DNA from: Klebsiella pneumoniae
GTDB taxonomy: Bacteria; Pseudomonadota; Gammaproteobacteria; Ga0077536
Direction of reading: 5' to 3'
Assembly: GCA_945876945.1 (NCBI GenBank)
Contig: CAMCQE010000002.1
Coordinates: forward strand, 2,985 to 66,984
Length of the DNA stretch: 64,000 bases
This document shows positions 1-7,795 of the stretch, in pieces; within the stretch, counting starts at the first letter, position 1, and every line of letters starts with the position of its first letter. The notes beneath the pieces are model-generated. The model saw nothing but the letters and a program-made list of their open reading frames with translations. It did not search any database and had not been told where the DNA came from. The translations under genes were made by a program, and so were the position numbers.

Positions 1-1331
1 TCGGCGAGGTTGTAGTTGGAATTGGCGCGTTCGCCGAGTTGCTGCTCGGCCTGCGCCAGCAGCTTGTAGAAGCGCGGTTCACGGCTGTCAGCCTCACCGA
101 AGCCACGCAACACCCGGCGCGCTTCGTCCCCGTTGCCGGTGTTAATCAACAGGCTGACGTAGCCGTAGGCGGCGGCGCGACTGGCCGGGTCGGCCAGATG
201 CAGCTTGCGATAGAGCTCGAGCGCCACCGGCAGCTTGCCCGCGCGTTCTTCAATGCGCGCCTCGGCCATGCGGAAGGCGGTGAGCTTGGGCTGGGCCTTG
301 AGCAAGGGCGCGAGTTCCTGCCGCGCGCGGGCGAAATCACTGGCTTCGGTCAGCGCCATCACATAGCCGTAGCGCAACACTATCGGGTTGGGCGGGTTGG
401 GCTCGCGCATGGCCGCTTCGTAAAACTGCTTGGCCTGCGCGGGGTCGCTCATTTCCATCACATTGAGCTTCTGCCAAATCAGCTGATAGTCGAGGCTGTC
501 TTCACGCACCACGTGCGAATTCATGCGGTCGGCACGTTCGCGCGCCTCGGCGATACGGTTGACGGTCACCGGATGCGTGCGCAGAAATTCGGGGATCATT
601 TTGGGATCGGAGTAGCGGCTGGCGAGCTGCAAGCGCTCGAAGAAATCCGCCATCGACTCGGTCCGGAAACCGGACTTGCTGAGCAGTTCAATGCCGATGC
701 GGTCGGCCTCTTTTTCGTTGGCGCGCGTGAAATCAATCTGGAACTGCTGCTGGGCCGCCGCGACGCCGGCGATGGCGCCAATGCCGGCCTGTGGTGCGAC
801 GGCAGCGAGCAGGATGGCGCCAAGGAAGGCGGCCATCGACGGAATGCTCATATTGCTCGCCGCTTCAATCATCCGCGCGCCGTGGCGCTGCGTGATGTGC
901 GATATTTCGTGCGCCAGCACCGAGGCAACTTCGCTTTCGCTTTTGGAACCGGTGATCAGCCCTGAGTGCACGCCAATGTAACCACCGGGCACGGCAAACG
1001 CATTGATGATGCCGCTGCGCAGAACGAAGAAGGTGAAGTCGCCGGTGTAGCCCGAGTGTTTACCCAACTCCATCCCGATTTTCTGGATGTAGTCCTCGAC
1101 TTCCTCGTCGGTCACCAGCGGCGCGTGGCGGCGGATTTCGCGCATGGTGGCGAACCCGAGTTGGCGCTCCTGTTCCGGCGAGATGATGGCGCCCGCGGAA
1201 TCCGCGATATCCGGCAGGTCTTCAATGTCTTGCGCCTGCGCGGCCAGCCCGCTGCCAAGGCCAAGGCAGGCGCCTAGCAGCAGGCTCCGCAGGCGGGACC
1301 CAGAGGCGGACTTGAGCGGTGGCTTTTTCAT
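1..1331 (-). CDS. bepA: Periplasmic M48 zinc metalloprotease with C-terminal TPR-like repeats (BepA/YfgC-like); its C-terminus lies beyond the left window edge
   Basis: Absent from the ORF track because it has no stop codon in the window. My reverse-strand translation from the ATG at 1331 gives MKKPPLKSASGS... (signal-like), then ...ESEVASVLAHEISHITQRHGARM (HExxH encoded at 897-911, in frame with the ATG), then Ala/Leu/Arg-rich TPR-like sequence toward position 1. The + strand ORF 39..965 is its antisense shadow. Confidence 0.8.
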   Translation of the reverse strand, partial: MKKPPLKSASGSRLRSLLLGACLGLGSGLAAQAQDIEDLPDIADSAGAIISPEQERQLGFATMREIRRHAPLVTDEEVEDYIQKIGMELGKHSGYTGDFTFFVLRSGIINAFAVPGGYIGVHSGLITGSKSESEVASVLAHEISHITQRHGARMIEAASNMSIPSMAAFLGAILLAAVAPQAGIGAIAGVAAAQQQFQIDFTRANEKEADRIGIELLSKSGFRTESMADFFERLQLASRYSDPKMIPEFLRTHPVTVNRIAEARERADRMNSHVVREDSLDYQLIWQKLNVMEMSDPAQAKQFYEAAMREPNPPNPIVLRYGYVMALTEASDFARARQELAPLLKAQPKLTAFRMAEARIEERAGKLPVALELYRKLHLADPASRAAAYGYVSLLINTGNGDEARRVLRGFGEADSREPRFYKLLAQAEQQLGERANSNYNLA

Positions 1332-1492
1332 CTTGCTCCGGAGTCTAGCAGGGCCGCTCCGCAAGTCACGACCCGACGCGCGCGGTTCTTGCGTGGGACA
1401 GGCTACTGGCGCCGGAGTTCAGGCAAACTTTCAGAGCCCGCCCAACGGGTCTTAAGATGCCTTGCCCTGCCACCGATTTCGGGAGCCCCGAC

Positions 1493-2758
1493 ATGAGTCC
1501 AAAGAATGCGTTTTACGCCCAGTCCGGCGGCGTCACTGCCGTCATCAACGCCTCCGCCTGCGGCGTGATCGAAACCGCCCGCCAGCACCCTGACCGCATC
1601 GGCAAAGTGCTCGCAGGCCGCAATGGCATCATCGGCGCCCTGACCGAAGACCTCATCGACACCAGTCTTGAGACGCCGGCCGACATCGCCGCCCTGCGGC
1701 ATACGCCCTCGGGGGCTTTCGGCTCCTGCCGGTACAAGCTGAAAAGCCTCGAGCAGAATCGCGCCGAGTACGAACGCCTGATCGAAGTCTTCCGCGCGCA
1801 CGACATCGGTTACTTCTTCTACAACGGCGGCGGCGATTCGGCAGATACCTGTTTGAAGGTCTCGCAACTCGCCGCCACGCTCGGTTATCCGATTCAGGCC
1901 ATCCACGTGCCGAAGACGGTCGACAACGATCTGCCGTTCACCGACGTCTGTCCGGGCTTTGGCTCAGTCGCGAAATATGTGGCGGTGTCGATGCGCGAAG
2001 CGAGCTTTGACGTGGCCTCGATGGCCAAGACTTCCACCAAGGTCTTCGTGATGGAAGTCATGGGTCGCCACGCGGGCTGGATTGCCGCCGCCGGCGGGCT
2101 CGCCTCAGACGCCGGGTGTCCGCTGCCGATCGTGATCCTTTTCCCCGAACTCGTCTTTGAGCCGGCGCCGTTTCTGGCCCGCGTCGCCGAACTCGTGGAG
2201 ACCCACGGCTACTGCTCGATCGTGGTCTCTGAGGGCGTGAAAGACGCCAGCGGGCAATTTCTGGCCGATCAGGGACTGAAAGACGCCTTCGGCCATGCCC
2301 AGCTCGGCGGCGTGGCGCCGGTAATCGCCAACCTGCTGCGACAGGAGCTGAAACTCAAATATCACTGGGCGGTCGCGGATTATCTGCAGCGCGCGGCGCG
2401 GCATATCGCCTCCAAAACCGACGTCGAACAGGCCTATGCGCTGGGTCGCGCGGCGGTGGAGCTGGCGCTCGCGGGCCATAACGCCATCATGCCGACCATC
2501 GTGCGCCAGTCCGACGAACCCTACGTCTGGACGCTCGGCGAGGCGCCGCTGGCGGAAGTGGCCAATCGTGAGCGCAAGATGCCGCGGGAGTTCATCAGCG
2601 AGGACGGCTTCGGGATTTCCGAGGCCGGCCGGCGCTATCTGCAGCCCCTGATTCAGGGCGAAGACTACCCGCCCTACCACAACGGACTGCCCCAATACGT
2701 GCGTTTGCAGAACCGCGCGGTGCCGCGACTCACCACCTCATCGTTTGCACTCAAGTAA
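1493..2758 (+). CDS. pfp: PfkA-family 6-phosphofructokinase, probably pyrophosphate-dependent (PPi-PFK)
   Basis: ORF 1457..2758, start trimmed to ATG 1493 (GGGAG 8 nt upstream). Motifs: YAQSGGVTAVINAS, YNGGGDSADT, HVPKTVDNDL, MGRHAGW. The Lys in PKTVDND, where ATP-PFKs have Gly, points to PPi use. Confidence 0.8.
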   Translation: MSPKNAFYAQSGGVTAVINASACGVIETARQHPDRIGKVLAGRNGIIGALTEDLIDTSLETPADIAALRHTPSGAFGSCRYKLKSLEQNRAEYERLIEVFRAHDIGYFFYNGGGDSADTCLKVSQLAATLGYPIQAIHVPKTVDNDLPFTDVCPGFGSVAKYVAVSMREASFDVASMAKTSTKVFVMEVMGRHAGWIAAAGGLASDAGCPLPIVILFPELVFEPAPFLARVAELVETHGYCSIVVSEGVKDASGQFLADQGLKDAFGHAQLGGVAPVIANLLRQELKLKYHWAVADYLQRAARHIASKTDVEQAYALGRAAVELALAGHNAIMPTIVRQSDEPYVWTLGEAPLAEVANRERKMPREFISEDGFGISEAGRRYLQPLIQGEDYPPYHNGLPQYVRLQNRAVPRLTTSSFALK

Positions 2759-2808
2759 TTGGCCAGTAGAATCCCGTCGGTTAACAGAAACTTTGCGCTT
2801 CTGAGGTC

Positions 2809-2827
2809 GCCGGCAAGGCTTGCCGGC
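2809..2827 (+). promoter_or_regulatory. Perfect 19-nt palindrome (GCCGGCAAG-G-CTTGCCGGC) in the pfp-hppA spacer; no U-tract, function unknown
   Basis: Read directly from the sequence. It is followed by GC-rich sequence rather than a T-run, so it is not a classical intrinsic terminator. Confidence 0.3.
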
Positions 2828-2936
2828 CGGCCGCGGCAGCGCGGTCTGGGGAGTTAACAGCGGTCCACAAGACCGCATTCCATTATCGCCGGCACGACCG
2901 GCATTCAAGTTCTAAAGAAAGAAGGGGAGCTTCATC

Positions 2937-4976
2937 ATGTCGGTGCAACTCATGGTCGCTTTGGGCTGTGCGCTCTTTGCGATCGTCTACGGGCTGTGGT
3001 CACGCAGCTGGATTCTCAGCCAACCGGAAGGCAACGAGCGGATGCGGGAAATTGCCCTCGCCATCCAGCAGGGCGCGTCGGCATATCTGAATCGCCAGTA
3101 CAAGACGATTGCCATCGTGGGCGTCATCCTGACGGTCGTCCTGGCTGTCGCGCTTGATGTGACCACCGCCGTCGGCTTCGTGATTGGCGCGGTACTCTCG
3201 GGTGCTGCCGGCTTCATCGGCATGAATATTTCCGTCCGCTCGAATCTGCGCACCGCGGAAGCGGCCCGCAAAGGCCTCAACGCCGCGCTGCAGGTTGCGT
3301 TCCGCGGCGGCTCCATCACCGGCATGCTGGTGGTGGGTCTGGGCTTGCTCGGCGTGACCGGCTTTTACGCCTATCTGGCGTCCAACACGCCGGCCGGTGA
3401 AATGGTCAACCTGCACCCGCTGGTAGGTCTCGCCTTCGGCTCCTCGCTCATTTCGATCTTTGCCCGTCTGGGCGGCGGCATCTTCACCAAGGGTGCGGAC
3501 GTCGGTGCCGACCTCGTCGGCAAGGTGGAAGCCGGGATTCCGGAAGATGACCCGCGTAACCCCGCCGTGATCGCCGACAACGTGGGCGACAACGTGGGCG
3601 ACTGCGCCGGCATGGCCGCGGACCTGTTCGAAACTTACGCGGTGACCATCATTGCGACCATGCTGCTGGGCGGCCTGATGCTCAAGAACGACGCGGCCGT
3701 GCTTTACCCGCTGGTGCTGGGCGGCGTGTCGATCATCGCCTCGGTGGTCGGTTCGCTGTTCGTGAAGGCCGCCGAGGGCGGCAAGATCATGAACGCGCTG
3801 TATCGGGGCCTGATCGTGGCCGGCGGCATCGCCGCCGTCGCGTTCTACCCGGTGACCAACTGGGCGTTCGCCGGCGTTGAAGGCGTGAACACGCTGCACA
3901 TCTTCTACTGCGCGCTGGTGGGTCTCGGCCTGACCGCCGCGCTGGTGTGGATTACCGAGTACTACACCGGCACCGAGTTTGGGCCCGTGAAGTACGTGGC
4001 AGCCGCGTCTGAGACCGGGCATGCGACCAACATCATCGCGGGCATCGCGGTGTCCATGAAGTCGACCGCCTGGCCGGTGCTCTTCGTGTGTGTCGCGATC
4101 TGGGCGTCCTACACCCTCGACGGGCTGTATGGCATTGCCGTCGCCGCCACCTCAATGCTCTCCATGGCCGGCATCATCGTCGCGCTCGACGCCTACGGCC
4201 CGATCACCGACAACGCCGGCGGCATCGCCGAAATGGCGGAACTCGGCCCGGAAATCCGCAACATCACCGATCCGCTGGACGCGGTGGGTAACACCACCAA
4301 GGCCGTCACCAAGGGCTATGCCATTGGTTCGGCCGGTCTGGCTGCGCTGGTGCTGTTTGCCGACTTCACCCACAACCTCGAAGCTGCCGGCAAGAGCGTA
4401 GAGTTCAGCCTCAGTCATCCCGCCGTCATCATCGGTCTGTTTGTGGGCGGCCTCATCCCCTACCTGTTCGCTGCGATGGCGATGGAAGCGGTGGGTCGCG
4501 CGGCCGGTTCGGTGGTGGTTGAAGTGCGCCGCCAGTTCCGCGAAATCAAGGGCATCATGGAAGGCACCGCCAAGCCGGACTACAGCCGCGCCGTCGACCT
4601 GCTGACGCTCTCCGCGATTCGCGAAATGATCATCCCGTCCATCCTGCCGGTGCTGACGCCGGTGGCGCTGATGCTGGTGATGAAGGCCGCGATGGGTGCG
4701 GAAGCCGCGCGTATGGCCATCGGCGGCATGCTGATGGGCACCATCGTGACGGGCCTGTTCGTCGCGATTTCCATGTGCACCGGCGGCGGTGCCTGGGACA
4801 ACGCCAAGAAGTACATCGAAGAAGGCCACCACGGCGGCAAGGGCTCTGAAGCCCATAAAGCCGCGGTGACCGGCGACACCGTCGGCGATCCGTACAAGGA
4901 CACCGCCGGTCCGGCCGTCAACCCGTTGATCAAGATCATCAACATCGTTGCGCTCCTGCTGGTGCCGCTGCTGTAA
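2937..4976 (+). CDS. hppA: Membrane-bound H+-translocating inorganic pyrophosphatase, K+-independent subclass
   Basis: 679 aa polytopic protein with [34 protein letters not shown] and [18 protein letters not shown] (Lys in GNTTKA). GGGGAG SD lies 7 nt before the ATG. Confidence 0.95.
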   Translation: MSVQLMVALGCALFAIVYGLWSRSWILSQPEGNERMREIALAIQQGASAYLNRQYKTIAIVGVILTVVLAVALDVTTAVGFVIGAVLSGAAGFIGMNISVRSNLRTAEAARKGLNAALQVAFRGGSITGMLVVGLGLLGVTGFYAYLASNTPAGEMVNLHPLVGLAFGSSLISIFARLGGGIFTKGADVGADLVGKVEAGIPEDDPRNPAVIADNVGDNVGDCAGMAADLFETYAVTIIATMLLGGLMLKNDAAVLYPLVLGGVSIIASVVGSLFVKAAEGGKIMNALYRGLIVAGGIAAVAFYPVTNWAFAGVEGVNTLHIFYCALVGLGLTAALVWITEYYTGTEFGPVKYVAAASETGHATNIIAGIAVSMKSTAWPVLFVCVAIWASYTLDGLYGIAVAATSMLSMAGIIVALDAYGPITDNAGGIAEMAELGPEIRNITDPLDAVGNTTKAVTKGYAIGSAGLAALVLFADFTHNLEAAGKSVEFSLSHPAVIIGLFVGGLIPYLFAAMAMEAVGRAAGSVVVEVRRQFREIKGIMEGTAKPDYSRAVDLLTLSAIREMIIPSILPVLTPVALMLVMKAAMGAEAARMAIGGMLMGTIVTGLFVAISMCTGGGAWDNAKKYIEEGHHGGKGSEAHKAAVTGDTVGDPYKDTAGPAVNPLIKIINIVALLLVPLL

Positions 4977-4997
4977 GCAGTTACCGCCAAGCGCTTG

Positions 4998-5028
4998 AAA
5001 AGCCCCGCCTCTGTGCGGGGCTTTTTTT
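4998..5028 (+). terminator. Rho-independent terminator after hppA
   Basis: AAAAGCCCCGC-ctctgt-GCGGGGCTTTT is a perfect 11-bp stem followed by a T-run to 5028. Confidence 0.85.
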
Positions 5029-5041
5029 GAGAGGTCCCCCA

Positions 5042-6586
5042 ATGTCGGTGCAGAACACCCCCTATGTGCCCAAGCTTCCCGCGGCCCTTGGCTGGCTATT
5101 GGCGGGGGTCGTCGTGCTGGGCTACGGCTATCTCGGCCTCGGCACGGTGCTGCCCGACTTTGGCGGGGATAACGCGGCCTATTGGCTGACCGCCCAGGGC
5201 TGGTCGCCCTGGCAGCCTCCCTCAACGCTGGCGGAGGACTTCGCGCGCGCCAGCACCTATCCGCCGCTCTACCCGCTGCTGCTGGCCTGGGCGGGCGGGG
5301 CGGCCTCCTTGCAGGCTGCCCATATGGTCACCGTGGCCGTGCTGCTGGCGGGGTTCATCGCGCTGTGGTGGTTTGCCCGGCGGGCGGGTCTGGATGGGCT
5401 CGCGGCGGCCGGCGTCACGCTCACCTTTGCCTGTTTGCACGTGGTGCGGCGGGAAGGGCTCGACTTGCATAGCGAGCCGCTCTACCTGCTGCTCACCATG
5501 CTGGCGCTGGGACTCGCGCTCAGGCTCCGCGCCGCGCCACATGCGCTCACGGCGCTGCTGTTGGGCCTCGCCGTTGCGGGCGCGCTGCTGACCCGATCTT
5601 GCGGAGTTGTGCTGCTGCTGGCCGTGGCCATGACCGGGCTCCGGGAGCGCCGCCGTGAGTGGGGGCTTGCGCTCGTGCCGGGCGGACTGGCCATGCTCGT
5701 GAACGCGCTCCAGCAGCACAGTCAGCATCGCTATATGGCGGAATTTTGGGGGAACTACGCCGGCGCGGGGACCTTCCACACGCTGCTTGGCAATCTGCTT
5801 AAAGTCCCGACTAGCTGGGCGGGCGCTATCGCCGGTAACGCACCGTGGCCGGGCGCGGTACTCATCCTTGGCCTGTTCGGCCTCGCCGCGATCGGAGCCG
5901 CCGGCTGGCGAACTCGGCAGGGACATCTCGATGGGCCCTATGCGCTGCTCTACGTGACACTGGTGGTGGTGTGGCCTTATCCAGTCGAGACCGTTCGACT
6001 GTTCATGCCCTATCTCGGGCTTGCGATCGCACAAATTTGCCTCGCCGCGCGCGACATCTGGGACTGCCGTAAGACCCTGCCCTGGCGGCAACTGTGGTGG
6101 CTGCCGCTGATCTTTGCACTGGGCGATACCGCAGGTTTTGTCGGCCGCTTGATGGTGCCGGTGCCGCCGGACCTAAGCCCCTACCGCCGCAGCACCTACT
6201 GGCAAGAAGCCGAGCTGGGAGATGCACTCTTGGGCATTGGTCTACAGGCGGCGGCGGACCGGGCGCTGGCAGAGCTGCCGAAACAGGTGCCGGAAGCCGC
6301 CTGCGTGCTGGCGATCAAACCGGCGGTGGTCGCGGCGCTCGGCAAACGGATGAGCAAACCGCCGCCGCCGATCGCGCTGGACAAAGAAGAATTTTCGACC
6401 GCGCTACAGACAGGGGGGTGTGACTATGCGCTGCTAATGGCAATGGTCTCACCGAGTTATCCGCAGCCCTTGTATCCCGCGTCGCGGCTCCCTCAGCGGC
6501 TGCAGGCGATCGCGGAGTACCCCAACGCCGTGGACCCCTCTCAGCCCGCGCTCGTCCTGGTGAAAATCCTGCCGCCAACGCCCTGA
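5042..6586 (+). CDS. Polytopic membrane protein, GT-C-fold (ArnT/PMT-like) glycosyltransferase candidate with a C-terminal soluble domain
   Basis: ORF 5027..6586. The TTG at 5027 lies inside the terminator, so I trimmed the start to ATG 5042. At least 9 hydrophobic helices. First-loop motif LPDFGGDNAAYW resembles the acidic-x-x-Y loop of ArnT/PMT enzymes. The last ~150 aa are non-hydrophobic. Confidence 0.5.
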   Translation: MSVQNTPYVPKLPAALGWLLAGVVVLGYGYLGLGTVLPDFGGDNAAYWLTAQGWSPWQPPSTLAEDFARASTYPPLYPLLLAWAGGAASLQAAHMVTVAVLLAGFIALWWFARRAGLDGLAAAGVTLTFACLHVVRREGLDLHSEPLYLLLTMLALGLALRLRAAPHALTALLLGLAVAGALLTRSCGVVLLLAVAMTGLRERRREWGLALVPGGLAMLVNALQQHSQHRYMAEFWGNYAGAGTFHTLLGNLLKVPTSWAGAIAGNAPWPGAVLILGLFGLAAIGAAGWRTRQGHLDGPYALLYVTLVVVWPYPVETVRLFMPYLGLAIAQICLAARDIWDCRKTLPWRQLWWLPLIFALGDTAGFVGRLMVPVPPDLSPYRRSTYWQEAELGDALLGIGLQAAADRALAELPKQVPEAACVLAIKPAVVAALGKRMSKPPPPIALDKEEFSTALQTGGCDYALLMAMVSPSYPQPLYPASRLPQRLQAIAEYPNAVDPSQPALVLVKILPPTP

Positions 6587-6640
6587 CCAGCGGTCTACAA
6601 TGCCCGACATCCCATCCCCAACCTGCGGCAGGCAAGCCTT

Positions 6641-7771
6641 ATGAACGCGCTCCATCAAGACATCGATCCCAACGGCCTTCTTGAGTATTCGGTGGTCTAT
6701 ACCGACCGCGCGCTCAACCACATGTCGCGCAACTTTCAGCACGTGATGAAAGAAATCTCGCGCGTGTTGAAACAGGTTTATCGCGCGAAAAGCGCGGTGG
6801 TGGTGCCGGGCAGCGGCACCTACGGCATGGAAGCGGTGGCGCGCCAGTTCGCCACCGGCCAGAAGGTGCTGGTGATTCGTAACGGCTGGTTCAGCTATCG
6901 CTGGACGCAGATTTTCGAGATGGGAAATATCCCCGCCTCGGCCACCGTGCTGAAAGCCCGCCAGGTGGGCGAGGGCGGCACCCGCGCACCCTTCGCGCCC
7001 GCGCCGATTGAAGAAGTCGTCGCCGCGATTCGCGCTGAACGACCGGCGGTGGTCTTTGCCCCGCATGTCGAAACCTCGGCCGGCATGCTGCTGCCGCCGG
7101 AGTATCTCCGCGCGGTGGGTGCCGCGGTGCGCGACGTGGGCGGGCTTTTTGTGCTCGACTGCATCGCCTCCGGCTGCATCTGGGTCGACATGCAGGACTG
7201 CCATGTGGACGTCCTCATCACCGCGCCGCAGAAAGGCTGGAGCAGCACGCCCTGCGCGGGGCTGGTGATGCTGGGCGAGCGCGCCCGCGAACATATCGAC
7301 TCCACCACCAGCAGCAGCTACGCCTGCGACCTGCGCAAATGGCTGTCGATCATGGAAACCTACGAAGGTGGCGGTCACGCCTATCACGCCACCATGCCGA
7401 CCGACGGTCTGCGCCGCCTGCTGGAGATGATGGAAGAAGCCGAGGTGGTCGGTTTCGATGCGCTTAAAACCGCGCAGGAAACCCTCGGCAGCAAAGTGCG
7501 CGGCCTGCTGGAGAGCAAAGGCTTTGCCAGCGTCGCCGCCGCCGGTTTTCAGGCGCCGTGCGTGGTGGTGAGCTATACCGACGACACAGAAATCCAGAAC
7601 GGCAAGAAATTTATGGCGCACGGCATGCAAATCGCGGCCGGCGTGCCCCTGCAGATCGACGAGCCGGCGGACTTCCGCAGCTTCCGGATTGGCCTGTTCG
7701 GCCTCGACAAACTCCAGCAGGTAGACCGCACCGTGGCGAGTCTGGCGAGCGCGCTCGGCCAGCTCGGCTAG
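6641..7771 (+). CDS. Class V (AGXT/SPT-like) PLP-dependent aminotransferase
   Basis: 376 aa with VVPGSGTYGMEA, APHVETSAGMLLP, and the ITAPQKGW Schiff-base Lys context. Confidence 0.75.
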   Translation: MNALHQDIDPNGLLEYSVVYTDRALNHMSRNFQHVMKEISRVLKQVYRAKSAVVVPGSGTYGMEAVARQFATGQKVLVIRNGWFSYRWTQIFEMGNIPASATVLKARQVGEGGTRAPFAPAPIEEVVAAIRAERPAVVFAPHVETSAGMLLPPEYLRAVGAAVRDVGGLFVLDCIASGCIWVDMQDCHVDVLITAPQKGWSSTPCAGLVMLGERAREHIDSTTSSSYACDLRKWLSIMETYEGGGHAYHATMPTDGLRRLLEMMEEAEVVGFDALKTAQETLGSKVRGLLESKGFASVAAAGFQAPCVVVSYTDDTEIQNGKKFMAHGMQIAAGVPLQIDEPADFRSFRIGLFGLDKLQQVDRTVASLASALGQLG

Positions 7772-7795
7772 TCGCAGGTTTCCGCCGCGCTGGAC

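Noticed and set aside
39-965. 308-aa + strand ORF at the left edge
   Set aside because: It is antisense to a clear M48 protease gene (HEISH motif, signal peptide, TPR tail) on the - strand. Its translation is Arg/Gly/Ala/His-rich with no recognisable motif, which is the typical GC-rich shadow ORF.
3000-5225. Long - strand ORFs 3000..4022 (340 aa) and 4152..5225 (357 aa)
   Set aside because: Both are antisense to hppA, and the second runs across the hppA terminator. Their composition is dominated by R, G, H, A and D, with no motifs. hppA on the + strand is unambiguous.
6449-7630. 393-aa - strand ORF
   Set aside because: Antisense shadow of the class V aminotransferase. Low-complexity Arg/Gly/His-rich translation.
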